DNA from: Aureliella sp.
Lineage (GTDB): Bacteria; Planctomycetota; Planctomycetia; Pirellulales; Pirellulaceae
Assembly (NCBI GenBank): GCA_963691875.1
Contig: OY829846.1
Coordinates: forward strand, 4,320,001-4,384,000
Direction of reading: 5' to 3'
DNA length: 64,000 bases
The notes beneath the pieces are model-generated. The model was not told where the DNA came from. It saw only the letters and a list, made by a program, of their open reading frames with translations, and made no database searches. Below, in pieces: positions 9,140 through 19,900 of this stretch (position 1 is its first letter; the number at the start of each line of letters is the position of its first letter). The position numbers were made by a program, and so were the translations under genes.

Positions 9140-11164
9140 ATGCGCAAACTGGTCTTTTTTTATTGTTGGTTATTTGCTGGGGTGATCCCTACGACAGCAC
9201 TCCAAGCTGACGAAGGAATGTGGCTCTACAACGCCTTGCCAAAAGAGCACTTGAAGAAGCAACACGGATTCGAAGTGACGGACGATTGGAGCGAGCACTT
9301 GATGCTCTCCAGCGTCCGATTCAATTCAGGCGGCTCCGCTTCCTTCATTTCCAGCAACGGACTGGTGTTGACGAATCATCACGTTGCAGCCGAAACTTTG
9401 TACAAGCTCTCTTCGGCTGATCAGAATATCGCTGCCGATGGGTACCTTGCTAAAGGATTCGAGCAAGAGCTGAAAGCTCCAGATCTCGAGCTCAACCAGC
9501 TTGTATCCATCGAAGACGTAACAGAACGTGTTAACTCCGCGGTCAATGCCAAGGATGCCGAGGAAGCAGGACGCCAGCGACAAGCTGCGATGGCGAAGAT
9601 TGAGGCTGAGTCTACGGAGAAAACCGGGCTCCGTAGCGATGTCGTGACTTTGTATGGCGGCGGGCGTTATCACCTGTATCGCTACAAAAAGTACACCGAT
9701 GTGCGACTAGTTTGGGCGCCGGAAGCGAAGACAGCATTCTTCGGTGGAGACGCCGACAACTTTGAATACCCCCGTTACTGCCTCGACGTGACAATTTTTC
9801 GCGTCTACGAAGACGGAAAGCCCGCAAAGATCGAACACTTCCTCGAAGTGAATCCTGACGGTGCTAAGGACGGAGAGCTGGTTTTCATCAGCGGTAATCC
9901 AGGTCGCACCCAGCGGATTCTGACAGCGGATGCGCTGGAGTACCAGCGCGATAATCGGATGCCCAGAGTTCTTAACTTGCTTCGACGAAAAGAAATTCTG
10001 ATGCAACAGTATGGTCTTGGTGGTGCCGAGCAGAAACGCCGTGCGCAGGATAACCTGTTTGGCATCCAAAACTCGCGAAAGGCTTACACGGGTATGTTGG
10101 CCGGACTGCAAGTTCCTGGCTACATTCCGCAGAAGCGAGAAGCTGAAAAGGAGCTGCAGGCGGCTGTCGGCGCCAAGCCCTGGAAGACAATTCAAAAGGT
10201 TTTGCAAGAGCGTATCGCCATGCAGAGACGCTCAGGTAGCCTGCGGGGAAGCATCTACGGAATCGCAGAAGATCTTGTCTTACTCGTGATGGAAGATGAA
10301 AAGCCTAGTGAGGAGCGACTTCGTGAGTTCCGTGATTCGAATCGCCAATCGTTGGAGCAATCTCTGTTCTCTCCCGCACCGCTTTATGGTGATTTAGAAC
10401 GAGTGGAACTCGCTGACGAGCTTGCTCGATTCGCTGAGATTCGGGGGGGCAGCGATGAGCTCGTATTAAAAGCGTTGGATGGCAAAGGTCCACGCGATCG
10501 TGCGGCTGAACTCATCAGTGGAACGAGCATGTTCGACGTTGAAGAGCGAAAGATAGTTTCCAAGATGTCGTTGGCCGATCTCAAGAAGAGCAAAGATCCC
10601 TTGATTCAACTCGCCTTAACGCTGAATGCCGAGTACCGTGAGTTGCGTGAGGCAAGCGAGCGAATGAGTGAGCAGGAGCGACAAGCGTATGCCAAGATCG
10701 CAGACGCCAAGTTCAAGACTGAAGGTGAATCCGTTTATCCTGACGCGACCTTTACGCTCCGTCTGGCATTTGGCGTAGTGAAAGGTTACGAGGAGGACGG
10801 TGACTTTATTACCTCAAACACAACGATGGGAGGTGCCTTTGACCACGAGATCGCTCATGACAAAAAGGGAGACTGGGTGTTGCCAGAGAGTTGGCACGAT
10901 GCGAAAGATAGCATCGCTTCCAGCACTCCATTTAACTTTGTGTGCACCGCTGACATCATTGGCGGAAACTCGGGTTCACCAGTTGTCGATCGCAAAGGCC
11001 GTTTGGTTGGCGTCATCTTTGACGGCAACATCCAGAGTCTGACTGCGGACTTCTACCACAGTGAGAAGCAAGGTCGAGCAACATCTGTTCATATTGCTGC
11101 GGTATTGGAGGCTTTGGGCACAGTCTACAAAGCCAGCGATCTCAAGTCGCAGATCGGTAAATAG
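9140..11164 (+). CDS. S46 family dipeptidyl peptidase (DPP7-like)
   Basis: ADEGMW, TNHHV, GGDADNFEYPR, DIIGGNSGSPV. FDGN rather than FDRN suggests DPP7-type S1 specificity. Confidence 0.92.
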   Translation: MRKLVFFYCWLFAGVIPTTALQADEGMWLYNALPKEHLKKQHGFEVTDDWSEHLMLSSVRFNSGGSASFISSNGLVLTNHHVAAETLYKLSSADQNIAADGYLAKGFEQELKAPDLELNQLVSIEDVTERVNSAVNAKDAEEAGRQRQAAMAKIEAESTEKTGLRSDVVTLYGGGRYHLYRYKKYTDVRLVWAPEAKTAFFGGDADNFEYPRYCLDVTIFRVYEDGKPAKIEHFLEVNPDGAKDGELVFISGNPGRTQRILTADALEYQRDNRMPRVLNLLRRKEILMQQYGLGGAEQKRRAQDNLFGIQNSRKAYTGMLAGLQVPGYIPQKREAEKELQAAVGAKPWKTIQKVLQERIAMQRRSGSLRGSIYGIAEDLVLLVMEDEKPSEERLREFRDSNRQSLEQSLFSPAPLYGDLERVELADELARFAEIRGGSDELVLKALDGKGPRDRAAELISGTSMFDVEERKIVSKMSLADLKKSKDPLIQLALTLNAEYRELREASERMSEQERQAYAKIADAKFKTEGESVYPDATFTLRLAFGVVKGYEEDGDFITSNTTMGGAFDHEIAHDKKGDWVLPESWHDAKDSIASSTPFNFVCTADIIGGNSGSPVVDRKGRLVGVIFDGNIQSLTADFYHSEKQGRATSVHIAAVLEALGTVYKASDLKSQIGK

Positions 11165-11175
11165 TCGATCTCTGG

Positions 11176-12612
11176 CTAATCATCGCGAATTTCGATGACT
11201 CCCTCGTTCACTTGCTGCTTGGCAATCTGCAAAAGGTTGCTCCAAGTGGTTTGTTCGGAGTCATCGAGTTCGTCGCGGTTGAGTTGTCGCAGTAGATTGA
11301 TAGCCCTCTTGGGGCGTTCTAAGTGCAAGTAGATCTTGGCCAAGTTGAACTGGAGTGGAATTCGCTGGACGTCGAATCGCTGGACATGCTCAATCATGTA
11401 AGGAACCGCTCGCTTGTATTCGCTTGCAGCGGATAAGTCGCGAAGTAGTTTTGCCAGGGCGGGCTGAGACAGCTGAATTTTCTTGTCATTGCGTTCGAGT
11501 TTCTCCATCATCTTAATAGCGGTCTCATAATTGCCATCGAGAATGAGCTCTTCAATGTTCTCGTGCATCAAGGCCAGTCTTGCTTCTGGCGAGAGAACTA
11601 AGTCCTCTTCTGGTATCTCACCTTTCTTGCGGGCCTTGGCGGTCTTTTCGGCTTGCTCCTTGGCACGATACTTGGCTTTGCGTTTGGCACGTTGCCGAGC
11701 TGCTTCTTTCTTTTGCTCTTCGTTGCCAAGTGAGCTCCTGACGAGCTCTTGAGCCTCCCTTTCTGCCTCGCGGTCTTCGGGTTTGCGGTTTGGCTGATCG
11801 TGTTCGTTTTTCATCACGCTGACGATGTCCCAACCTTCACAGTCTACCCACTGGCGACGTAACCAAATCATTCCGAACAATAGTCCGAATCCGAAGCCAG
11901 TGAGGTAAAGGACACTTTCGAATCCAATTAGCAAAGCAAATGCGAATTGAATGAATCCGTATAGCAGGATGGATAGATCGAAAGGCGGAATCCACCAGGT
12001 GAGCCAGACTTCGACGCAGTTCTTCGGCGCCCAAATAACCGCAACGCCAATCAGTCCAAGCACAGTTGTTTCCGCTCCGGAAAGTGGCGGCCCCGAACTG
12101 AACAGCATGCACATCTGTATGAATACGGCTTGGCTGATTCCGATTCCGAAGAAGATAGCTAAAAAACCACGTGTCCCCACTTTGCCTTCAATGATCAAGC
12201 CGAAAGCCCACAGGGCGATCAAGTTGAAAATTAACTCGAAAATGTTGGCATGGATGAGTGGGCTGCATAACCATTGAATTGGGTTGAACGAGCCAGGATG
12301 AAGCCGTAGTCGTATAGTTCCGGTTGCGTTCTTCTCGCCGCTGCTAGGCAATACTGTCACTAGATCCGCATCGCTGTCTGCGGCTAGCCCGGGCCCAGGA
12401 TCCTCACCCTCAATCCGAAAATCCTCCGCATTCCAACCATTGTCTTGGCTGACCAGGACGATGGCCTCTGCCAACTTGTCGTTGTTTGGAGCCTGTGCGA
12501 CATCATCGGTCTCAGCAGGAACAAGGATTGACGCCAAAACACAGGCGATCATCAGCCCAACTGTGCCATAGGGTCGGTAATAGATCGGAGCATCTGTGCT
12601 GAGGACGATCAT
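11176..12612 (-). CDS. Rhomboid-fold membrane protein with C-terminal TPR-like helices, catalytic residues degenerate
   Basis: NPIQWLCSPLIHAN, FGLIIEGKVG and GAET (for GASG) follow the rhomboid pattern; helical C-terminus. Confidence 0.75.
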   Translation of the reverse strand: MIVLSTDAPIYYRPYGTVGLMIACVLASILVPAETDDVAQAPNNDKLAEAIVLVSQDNGWNAEDFRIEGEDPGPGLAADSDADLVTVLPSSGEKNATGTIRLRLHPGSFNPIQWLCSPLIHANIFELIFNLIALWAFGLIIEGKVGTRGFLAIFFGIGISQAVFIQMCMLFSSGPPLSGAETTVLGLIGVAVIWAPKNCVEVWLTWWIPPFDLSILLYGFIQFAFALLIGFESVLYLTGFGFGLLFGMIWLRRQWVDCEGWDIVSVMKNEHDQPNRKPEDREAEREAQELVRSSLGNEEQKKEAARQRAKRKAKYRAKEQAEKTAKARKKGEIPEEDLVLSPEARLALMHENIEELILDGNYETAIKMMEKLERNDKKIQLSQPALAKLLRDLSAASEYKRAVPYMIEHVQRFDVQRIPLQFNLAKIYLHLERPKRAINLLRQLNRDELDDSEQTTWSNLLQIAKQQVNEGVIEIRDD

Positions 12613-12821
12613 GGAAAGTCGCTTACGTAGATAAGTGAGTCCAACGCTGCCAGACTGTCTCAATATGAGACCGCCGTCTCAGAAAGGTGCAAAGCTTTTT
12701 CTGGACAGGCTGTCCCGTAGATACATCAAACGGCAATTTTACTTTTATAGGGCGAAACATTTCATGTTAAATGCCGCTTAAAAGATGCGGGAGCAGGAAA
12801 ACGTCCAGCATACGCAAGGTT

Positions 12822-12837
12822 TGGCACGCGAATCGCA
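12822..12837 (+). promoter_or_regulatory. Putative sigma-54 (-24/-12) promoter
   Basis: TGGCACG-CGAA-TCGCA versus consensus TGGCACG-N4-TTGCW; GG and GC correctly spaced, 54 nt upstream of the ATG at 12892. Confidence 0.65.
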
Positions 12838-12891
12838 GCAGAAGAAAGAATATCAGTTGGCAAGGCCAACGCAGACTCGGGGAGTTCAATT

Positions 12892-13746
12892 ATGTCGGTT
12901 ACCAAAACACTCACAATCGCTTTCGGGCTGCTAGTTGCTGTTGGCTCTACGGCTTCCGCGCAAGTCGCGGTACCTATTAACAACTGGAGTTACCAGCGTC
13001 ACGCCAGCACTGCAGCGGAAGGCTACTTGAGAGGCTCCGCCTCAGTCATCACTGCGGTAGGCCAGAAGAACTATTTGGATTCAGTTGCCGCGGTCAACTA
13101 CCAGGAGGCGCTGCGACGCAGTATCGAAAACAGTGGTCTTCGAGTGAAGACATATTTTGAGAATAAGGAGATCAATCGAGCATATCGCGAGAAATATCGA
13201 GAGCTTCCACCAACCAAGGATCAGTGGGCTCGAATCATCGAAGCTTCACTGCCAGACAAGCTTACCGATGAGCAAGTTGATCCCACGACCGGCAAGCTAA
13301 TATGGCCGCACATTCTACGAACCAACGAGTACGCCGCATTTCGCAATCGAATTGACCAACTTTGGAATAGCCGAACGCCAGACAACAGCGGTGACGGCAG
13401 CCCATTCCAGATCGAACTTAACGAACTCGTGGACGGAATGAAGTTGCTGCTCAAGAGCAATGTGAAGACCTTGAGTTCAACACAATACACCGGCGCGAGA
13501 TTCTTCCTGCTCTCAGTCGAGTACGAAGCCTTAATGCCGATGGCTCAACCAGCCACGCCGAGTCCTTCGCAACCGATTGCTCAGTCCAAAGCATCGGCGA
13601 CTCCGGTTGCTGCTGAGGCCGAAAAGAACTTTCAGCCGAAAACTGCACCCGTCGCAGAAGTGAAGCCAGAGCCCGCAGAGGAGCCAGCTGCAAAAACAGA
13701 AGGTACGAAGGTCGAAAAGAACGAATCTACGAAAGGCGATTCCTAA
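12892..13746 (+). CDS. Secreted hypothetical protein (planctomycete-type) with low-complexity Pro/Ala/Glu tail
   Basis: Signal peptide (..STASA/Q), GGGGAG RBS, HASTAAEGYLRG motif. Confidence 0.75.
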   Translation: MSVTKTLTIAFGLLVAVGSTASAQVAVPINNWSYQRHASTAAEGYLRGSASVITAVGQKNYLDSVAAVNYQEALRRSIENSGLRVKTYFENKEINRAYREKYRELPPTKDQWARIIEASLPDKLTDEQVDPTTGKLIWPHILRTNEYAAFRNRIDQLWNSRTPDNSGDGSPFQIELNELVDGMKLLLKSNVKTLSSTQYTGARFFLLSVEYEALMPMAQPATPSPSQPIAQSKASATPVAAEAEKNFQPKTAPVAEVKPEPAEEPAAKTEGTKVEKNESTKGDS

Positions 13747-13840
13747 GCGTCAAGCACGTACGATGAAACATTAATTTTGGGGAATCGCGGTGTTTCTTTA
13801 TTCCTCACCGCAATAGTTCCAACTGCGTCTCCCCACCACG

Positions 13841-13877
13841 GGCGTCTTCTCTTTTGAGAGGGCGCCTTTTTCGTTTT
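13841..13877 (+). terminator. Intrinsic terminator
   Basis: GGCGTCTTCTC-TTTT-GAGAGGGCGCC followed by TTTTTCGTTTT. Confidence 0.8.
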
Positions 13878-14371
13878 CCGCCATCAGTTACGTCGGCTTT
13901 ATCAGAGTCCAAACTCAAAGGTGCGGCTCTTTTCATCTTCTTGGAAATCGGCCAGGGCGGAAAAGCTACACGATTTGGGATTCGTCAAGAATATTCTTTA
14001 CAGAGTGTAGCAAGTCTCGTTTATGAACCAGAGTAGTCCGGTGTTCGAGCGGTTTCTCTACGGAATAGGGTTTCGTCGAAGTATCTCGACAAATGGTTTT
14101 TCTTCCATTGCTTTTCACCCTGCAACCGATCGTAAAATTTCGTTTTATTAGTGCGAGTCTCTACACCGGACGGCCAGGCTAGGCAGGGGCCGATTCGACG
14201 ACTTGCAATCTCGGCGATCGCGGCAACTGTTGAGTGGCAATACTGCGTTTGATAGCCGCCAACGGGAAGCCCTAAATCGCCTTAGGCGGAGATAGAAGTT
14301 CCTAGATTCTTGGTTTAGACTGATAGATTGCTACCTATTGAACCCTGAAGAAATTCGCGCACTGAAACATC

Positions 14372-15328
14372 ATGGAAATCGTCTGTCCAGCCTGCAATCA
14401 CAAGATGCAATCTGCCAAGGATCTCAGCGGACGCAGTGTAAAGTGTAAGTGTGGGCACTCTTTTCGCGTTCCCTCTCAGTCGGCGGCAGCGAGCTCGCCA
14501 GGAAAAATTACCCTGAAATGCGAGTGCGGGAAAACTTTGGCGGTTCCGGCCTCTGCCGCCGGAAAGCAGGCCAAGTGCACCTGCGGGCGGATCTTGAAAG
14601 TTCCTGGGCGGAAAGCACAGCCCGCGCGTGTCGCACAATCAGCTGCAAAAGCAAAATCGCCGAGAGCACAGCAGACAACGCCGAGTCCTTCGGCCGGTGC
14701 TTTTAATTCGATTTCTGAAGATGAGTGGTCCAAGCTTACCGTAGATACTGCGCCTAAAAAGGCTGATCCTTACGCGGATCTTTTGCCGCCAGAAGAAGAG
14801 GAGGAAAAGCGAACGGCTGCAGATGAAATCATGGATCGAGCTCGTGAAGAAATGGGGGAAACCAAAGAGCAGAAAAAGGCCGGAGCAACGAACGAGCTCA
14901 ACAAGGCTCGTGGGTTCCTGATTATCTCGGGCATTGCCAATGCAGGGTTCTGGGGCACGATGGGATTTTTTCTAACCGCCTGGCTCGATGAAATTGCCGC
15001 GGCAAGTGCCGATCAGAACCTTACCAATTTGGCATTCTACCTCAAGCTTTTGGTGGGACTGGATGTAGGTGTTGGAGTTCTGTTCATCGTCATGGGCATC
15101 TTTATCTTCGTTTTTCCATTGACCTGTACCATCACAGCAACGGTTCTATTTGTTGGGATGGAGATCTTTGCCCTCATTATCGATCCTCTCGAACTCACAC
15201 GAGTAAGGGGCTGGATTCGCCGCGTTGCGGTCATTGGAAGTCTGATCACTGCAATCACTAATGCTGCTTACTACAACTACTTGAAGAAGCAGCAAAGCCA
15301 AAAGGGTCGCAAGCAAGGGGATTACTAG
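14372..15328 (+). CDS. Zinc-ribbon-containing membrane protein
   Basis: CPAC..KCKC and KCEC..KCTC ribbons, disordered linker, about 4 C-terminal TM helices. Confidence 0.75.
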   Translation: MEIVCPACNHKMQSAKDLSGRSVKCKCGHSFRVPSQSAAASSPGKITLKCECGKTLAVPASAAGKQAKCTCGRILKVPGRKAQPARVAQSAAKAKSPRAQQTTPSPSAGAFNSISEDEWSKLTVDTAPKKADPYADLLPPEEEEEKRTAADEIMDRAREEMGETKEQKKAGATNELNKARGFLIISGIANAGFWGTMGFFLTAWLDEIAAASADQNLTNLAFYLKLLVGLDVGVGVLFIVMGIFIFVFPLTCTITATVLFVGMEIFALIIDPLELTRVRGWIRRVAVIGSLITAITNAAYYNYLKKQQSQKGRKQGDY

Positions 15329-15344
15329 GCCGATCCTGATGCGT

Positions 15345-16745
15345 TCAGTTGTAGTCCGCGACAAAAGAAATCGGCTTAAGCTCCACATCAGATGCCTGTG
15401 GTTTGAATTTAGGGATGGGCGCGCCTTTCAGCAGCTCTGGCAACTCCGGCATCGGTGCGGACCAAAGTGTGTTCAGGTCGAGCTGGGTTCCATCATCCAG
15501 CGGATCAGTTTCTTTGGAAAGTACCTGCATGTTGCGAATGGCCGTGCGCAGCATGCAATCATCCATCGGCTGACCGGCGACGAGGCGATAGTATTTTTCA
15601 TTCACTGTAGTCGCCGCTTGTCCAAGGTTTAAAACGGTGTCGCCGGGAATGACGTCTCGCCAAGAGAAGTGCGGGACACGAGCCGCCTTTTCAGCTGCAC
15701 GCACAATACGTTCCGGTGTCAGCGACTCCAGTAGCGAGAAATCCTGCGTGATGAAATAGGTCTTCTGGTACTCACTGATCAAGTAGTCCGTACACACCAA
15801 ACGCATCAAATGTTGCTCGTTGGACGGATCAATCAGAATCCGATTCGCGGCTGGAGAATGCACCGAATAAGCGGTTTCGCCAGGGGAAGACAAAATGCCA
15901 GCTCCGAAGGCACGCAACTTGTCGTCCTGCATGACCAGGCCGAACTCTACAGTGAACCAGTAAATGCGCTCGGCATAAGCCAACAGCTCGTCGGCTCGCG
16001 AGCAAATACCCTTGGCCTGCTGTTCATCATTGGCTTTGCTTAGCCGCTCGTCGCGCTCTGTGTAGATCAAGTCACGGGCCTTGCCGTGATCCTGCATCAA
16101 CTTGGCTACGGTCGGAATTGTGAAGGTCGCGACATGCCCTGCGACGTCATGCCCAATGTCTGGCTCTTGCAAATAGTCCTGCTCAAGCGGCCGCATGAAA
16201 GTCGTTACTGGAAAAAAGCGATAGCTGTGGCAGGTAAAGAATAACTCGGCGGGAATGATCATGTTGACAGTCGCCAGCTGCCAGCCTGTTTGTTGGAAGA
16301 TCCGCGCATTGAGAATGTAGTAATCTGGGATGACCGTTCCACCGATCTCGAAGAGTTCTTCTCCTTCGAGATACTCGCGACAAGCAAACTGGTGTTTCGT
16401 CTTTTGTTGATCCGACAGCAGGCAAGCCCAACTCAGGTGCTCTTCAAAGCTATATCGGTCATGGTGCTGTTCCGCCGCGTACTCGACCAGATCGACTGAC
16501 GTCTCACTGAGTGCTCCGACGGTGAATGGAACTCCTCCTGCCGCATTCTGAAAGTAAGCTTCGGCCCGCACGGGGGAAATCGGGAAGGCGACATCCTGCC
16601 GCGATAAGATTTGCCGCAAGACACTCAAGCGCTCTTTGGGTGTGCGTGGTGACACCTCGGCCATATCGATACCGTGTCGATCAGCGATTTTCTGCAACTC
16701 AGCTGGCGAAAAACTACGACTAGTTTCGCGGTCTGATTCAGGCAT
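15345..16745 (-). CDS. Biopterin-dependent aromatic amino acid hydroxylase (PhhA-like)
   Basis: EPDIGHDVAGH (two Fe His ligands), YWFTVEFGL (Fe Glu), FGAGILSS, YQKTYF. Start chosen at MPESD. Confidence 0.8.
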   Translation of the reverse strand: MPESDRETSRSFSPAELQKIADRHGIDMAEVSPRTPKERLSVLRQILSRQDVAFPISPVRAEAYFQNAAGGVPFTVGALSETSVDLVEYAAEQHHDRYSFEEHLSWACLLSDQQKTKHQFACREYLEGEELFEIGGTVIPDYYILNARIFQQTGWQLATVNMIIPAELFFTCHSYRFFPVTTFMRPLEQDYLQEPDIGHDVAGHVATFTIPTVAKLMQDHGKARDLIYTERDERLSKANDEQQAKGICSRADELLAYAERIYWFTVEFGLVMQDDKLRAFGAGILSSPGETAYSVHSPAANRILIDPSNEQHLMRLVCTDYLISEYQKTYFITQDFSLLESLTPERIVRAAEKAARVPHFSWRDVIPGDTVLNLGQAATTVNEKYYRLVAGQPMDDCMLRTAIRNMQVLSKETDPLDDGTQLDLNTLWSAPMPELPELLKGAPIPKFKPQASDVELKPISFVADYN

Positions 16746-16999
16746 AGTTGGCTTGGGGAGTCTCGATCGGAGGCACTCGATCCCCACTCCTGTAGTACGA
16801 GGAATGGAACTTGAGATTCCAGTTGCCGACCGTATTGTTGGTCGGCGAAGCATCAACGTAACTCTTGCTTGCGACGGCGGGAAGTCAAGTTCTGGGAAGC
16901 GATCAGTCCCTTGGCGGCATGTTTTGGTGGTAAGCTTGACTTTGACGCTCCAAATGTCCAACATGGGAACACCTCCCACCTTCAAGCAGATTCGCCAGC

Positions 17000-19900
17000 A
17001 TGCATACACTCCCCTACGACAACCTCCTCTGTTTTTCACGCAACTACAGAAGATGGACGGCGAGCGTCCTTATTCTTTTCGCGCTGATTTCGTCGTATTC
17101 CCTTGCGGACGAGAAGTCGACTGGCGAGGAACTTGAGTTCTTTGAGTCGCGCATTCGTCCCGTTCTCGTCGAACACTGCTATCAATGCCACAACAGTCGC
17201 GAGACAGCCGAAGCCGAAGTTCGCCTCGACTTCCGTGAGGGGCTTCGTGAATCTCTGACGCAAGATGGTGATAAGTATTCCACCAGCGAGAGTACCCTCC
17301 TTCAAGCCATTCGTCACGAAATCCAAGGTTCAGAGATGCCCGAAGGTGGCCCCAAGCTCGATGATGCTGTGGTGGCAGATTTTGAAAAGTGGCTTGAGAT
17401 GGGTGCTCCCGATCCTCGCGCAGATCCTCCTTCCATGAAAGAGCTCAGTGCACTCACCTCATGGGAAACACAGTTAGCAAATCGCAAGCAGTGGTGGAGT
17501 TTCCAGCCGATTCGGCGTCCAGCATTGCCCGAAGTGAATGAGCCAGATTGGCAAGCTCCTGTCGATCGTTTTATATTGTCCGAGATGCATAAGCAGCATC
17601 TTTCTCCAAGTCTGCAAGCTGATCCAGCCACTTTAATTCGGCGTGTGTACTTTGCTCTGATTGGTCTGCCACCGCCTTACGATAAAGTGCAAAGTTTCCT
17701 ACAAAATCCGTCAAATAAGGCCTTTGAAGCAATCGTAGCAGAGTTGCTGGAATCTAAGCACTTTGGTGAACGTTGGGCTCGGCACTGGATGGATTGGGTG
17801 CGCTATGCCGAGTCACACGGCAGCGAAGGCGATCCACGGTTGGTGGGAGCGGAGCTCTATCGCGACTACTTGATTCGAGCGCTGAATGAAGATGTGCCCT
17901 ATGATCAGCTCTTGATGGAGCATGTGGCAGGAGACTTATTACCCAACCCACGCGTAAACAGTGAGCTGCAAATCAATGAATCGCTGATTGGTACAGCGCA
18001 CTGGCGCATGGTGTTTCATGGCTTCGCGCCGACAGATGCCCTGGATGAGAAAGTGCGATTCACCGATGACGCGATCAATACTTTTTCGAAAGCATTTCTA
18101 GGCCTGACAGTTAGCTGCGCGCGCTGCCACAACCACAAGTTCGATGCGATAAGCCAAGCCGACTATTACGCGATGTTCGGCATCCTTGCTTCGACCAGAC
18201 CGGGACGTGCTGCGATCGACCTGCCGGAAAAACAGAACCGGCACAAGGAGCGATTGGCCGAGCTCAAAACGGAGATACGCGCTGCACTCGCCAAAGGCTG
18301 GCAGCAGCGATTGCACGCCACGGAGCAGCGACTTTCAGCCAAAGACCGAAATCTGATGGGGGCGCTTACGGGAATCAAATGGAAGTCAGAGACAAGTACG
18401 GCTGACTACTGGAGAAGGCTTGAAGAGGCCTTTGGTGCTTATCAGAATCAGGAAGAGCAGTTCGAAGCGTCTGAGAAAGCGGTAAGTTGGGATCTCGCTG
18501 CAAAGAAAGACTATCGAAGTTGGTTTACTCATGGTGCAGGTTTGGCTGACTCGCCAGCCCTGGCTGGTTCCTTCGTCGTGACGACAAGTGGCGACCAGAT
18601 CCTAAAGCAAGTCTTACCTGGAGGTGCTTATTCTCACCTGCTGAGTGACAAGCATGCGGCGAGGCTGGAATCAGCGGATTTTAAACTGGACGGTAAATAT
18701 CGTGTCTGGCTGCAAGTTGCGGGTGAAGGCAAGGCGATGTCGCGGTACGTCGTTCAGAACTATCCACGCAATGGAACAGTCTTTCCGGTGACCGAACATC
18801 GCAGTCGGGACTGGCGCTGGCAGAACTACGATGTGAAATACTGGGAAGGCGATGATGTCCACATCGAGCTAACGACGGCCAACGATGCGCCTCTTCTCGT
18901 GAAGAACCAAGATCGTTCTTGGTTCGGCTTGCGACGCGTTGCAGTGACAGCCATCGATCAAGCCGGACCTCCTAGCCAAGACATGAGTTGGCTAAAGCCG
19001 ATCATCGAATCAGCCGGCGAAGGGGGTCCCAAAGATCCAACGGAACTTGCGAGGCTCTTGACGGGTGTGATTGAAGAAGCCGTCGAGGCGTGGCAAGCTG
19101 GCGAGGCAACAGACAGTCAAGCTTTGCTGCTGGATCGATGCATCGTTGAGCAAGTCTTGCCAAACGATCTCAAGCAACTCCCTGAACTCGGCGATTTGCT
19201 TATACGGTATCGCGAATTAGAAAGTGATGTACCTGTCGCCACGCGCGTTCCAACGTTAAGCGAATGGCAGGCGAAGGACAGTCCCTTGTTCGCGCGAGGT
19301 GATCATCGACAGCCAGAAACAGCTGTGCCTCGTCGCTTCTTGGAGGCTATCGATGATTCGCCCTATCGAACGCGACAGAGTGGGCGTTTGGAACTGGCCA
19401 GGGATCTATTGCGAGCTGACAACCCGTTCACTTCGCGGGTGATCGTGAATAGAGTTTGGCATCATCTCTTTGGTGCAGGAATCGTTGAGACAACAGATAA
19501 CGTTGGGCGACTCGGTTCACAGCCATCACACCCTGAGTTGTTGGACTACTTGGCCGATCGTTTTCGAAAAGAAGATCGCTGGTCACTGAAGTCCTTGATA
19601 AGGCAGATCGTCCTTTCCGAAACTTGGCAGCAGGCATCCGCACCATCCACCGCTGCCCAAGCCAATGATCCAGCGAATCGTTACTTGTCACATGCCAATG
19701 TTCGACGACTAGAGGCCGAAGCAATACGTGATGCGTTGTTGTCAGCAGCAGACTCACTAGACGATTCATTGTTCGGTCGTCCAGTCGGCGGTGAAAGCAA
19801 TCGCAGATCGGTTTATGTCAACGTCATTCGCAATCGCCTAGATCCATTTTTGACCACTTTCGACGCACCCGTTCCCTTCAGCACCAAGGGGCGGCGTGAT

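Noticed and set aside
14060..14125. Hammerhead ribozyme (hairpin followed by GAAAC on the minus strand)
   Set aside because: The CUGANGA core is absent.
16746..17039. N-terminal 98-aa extension of the hydroxylase ORF
   Set aside because: It overlaps the divergent gene start and promoter space, with low-information sequence; a start at 16745 is more plausible.
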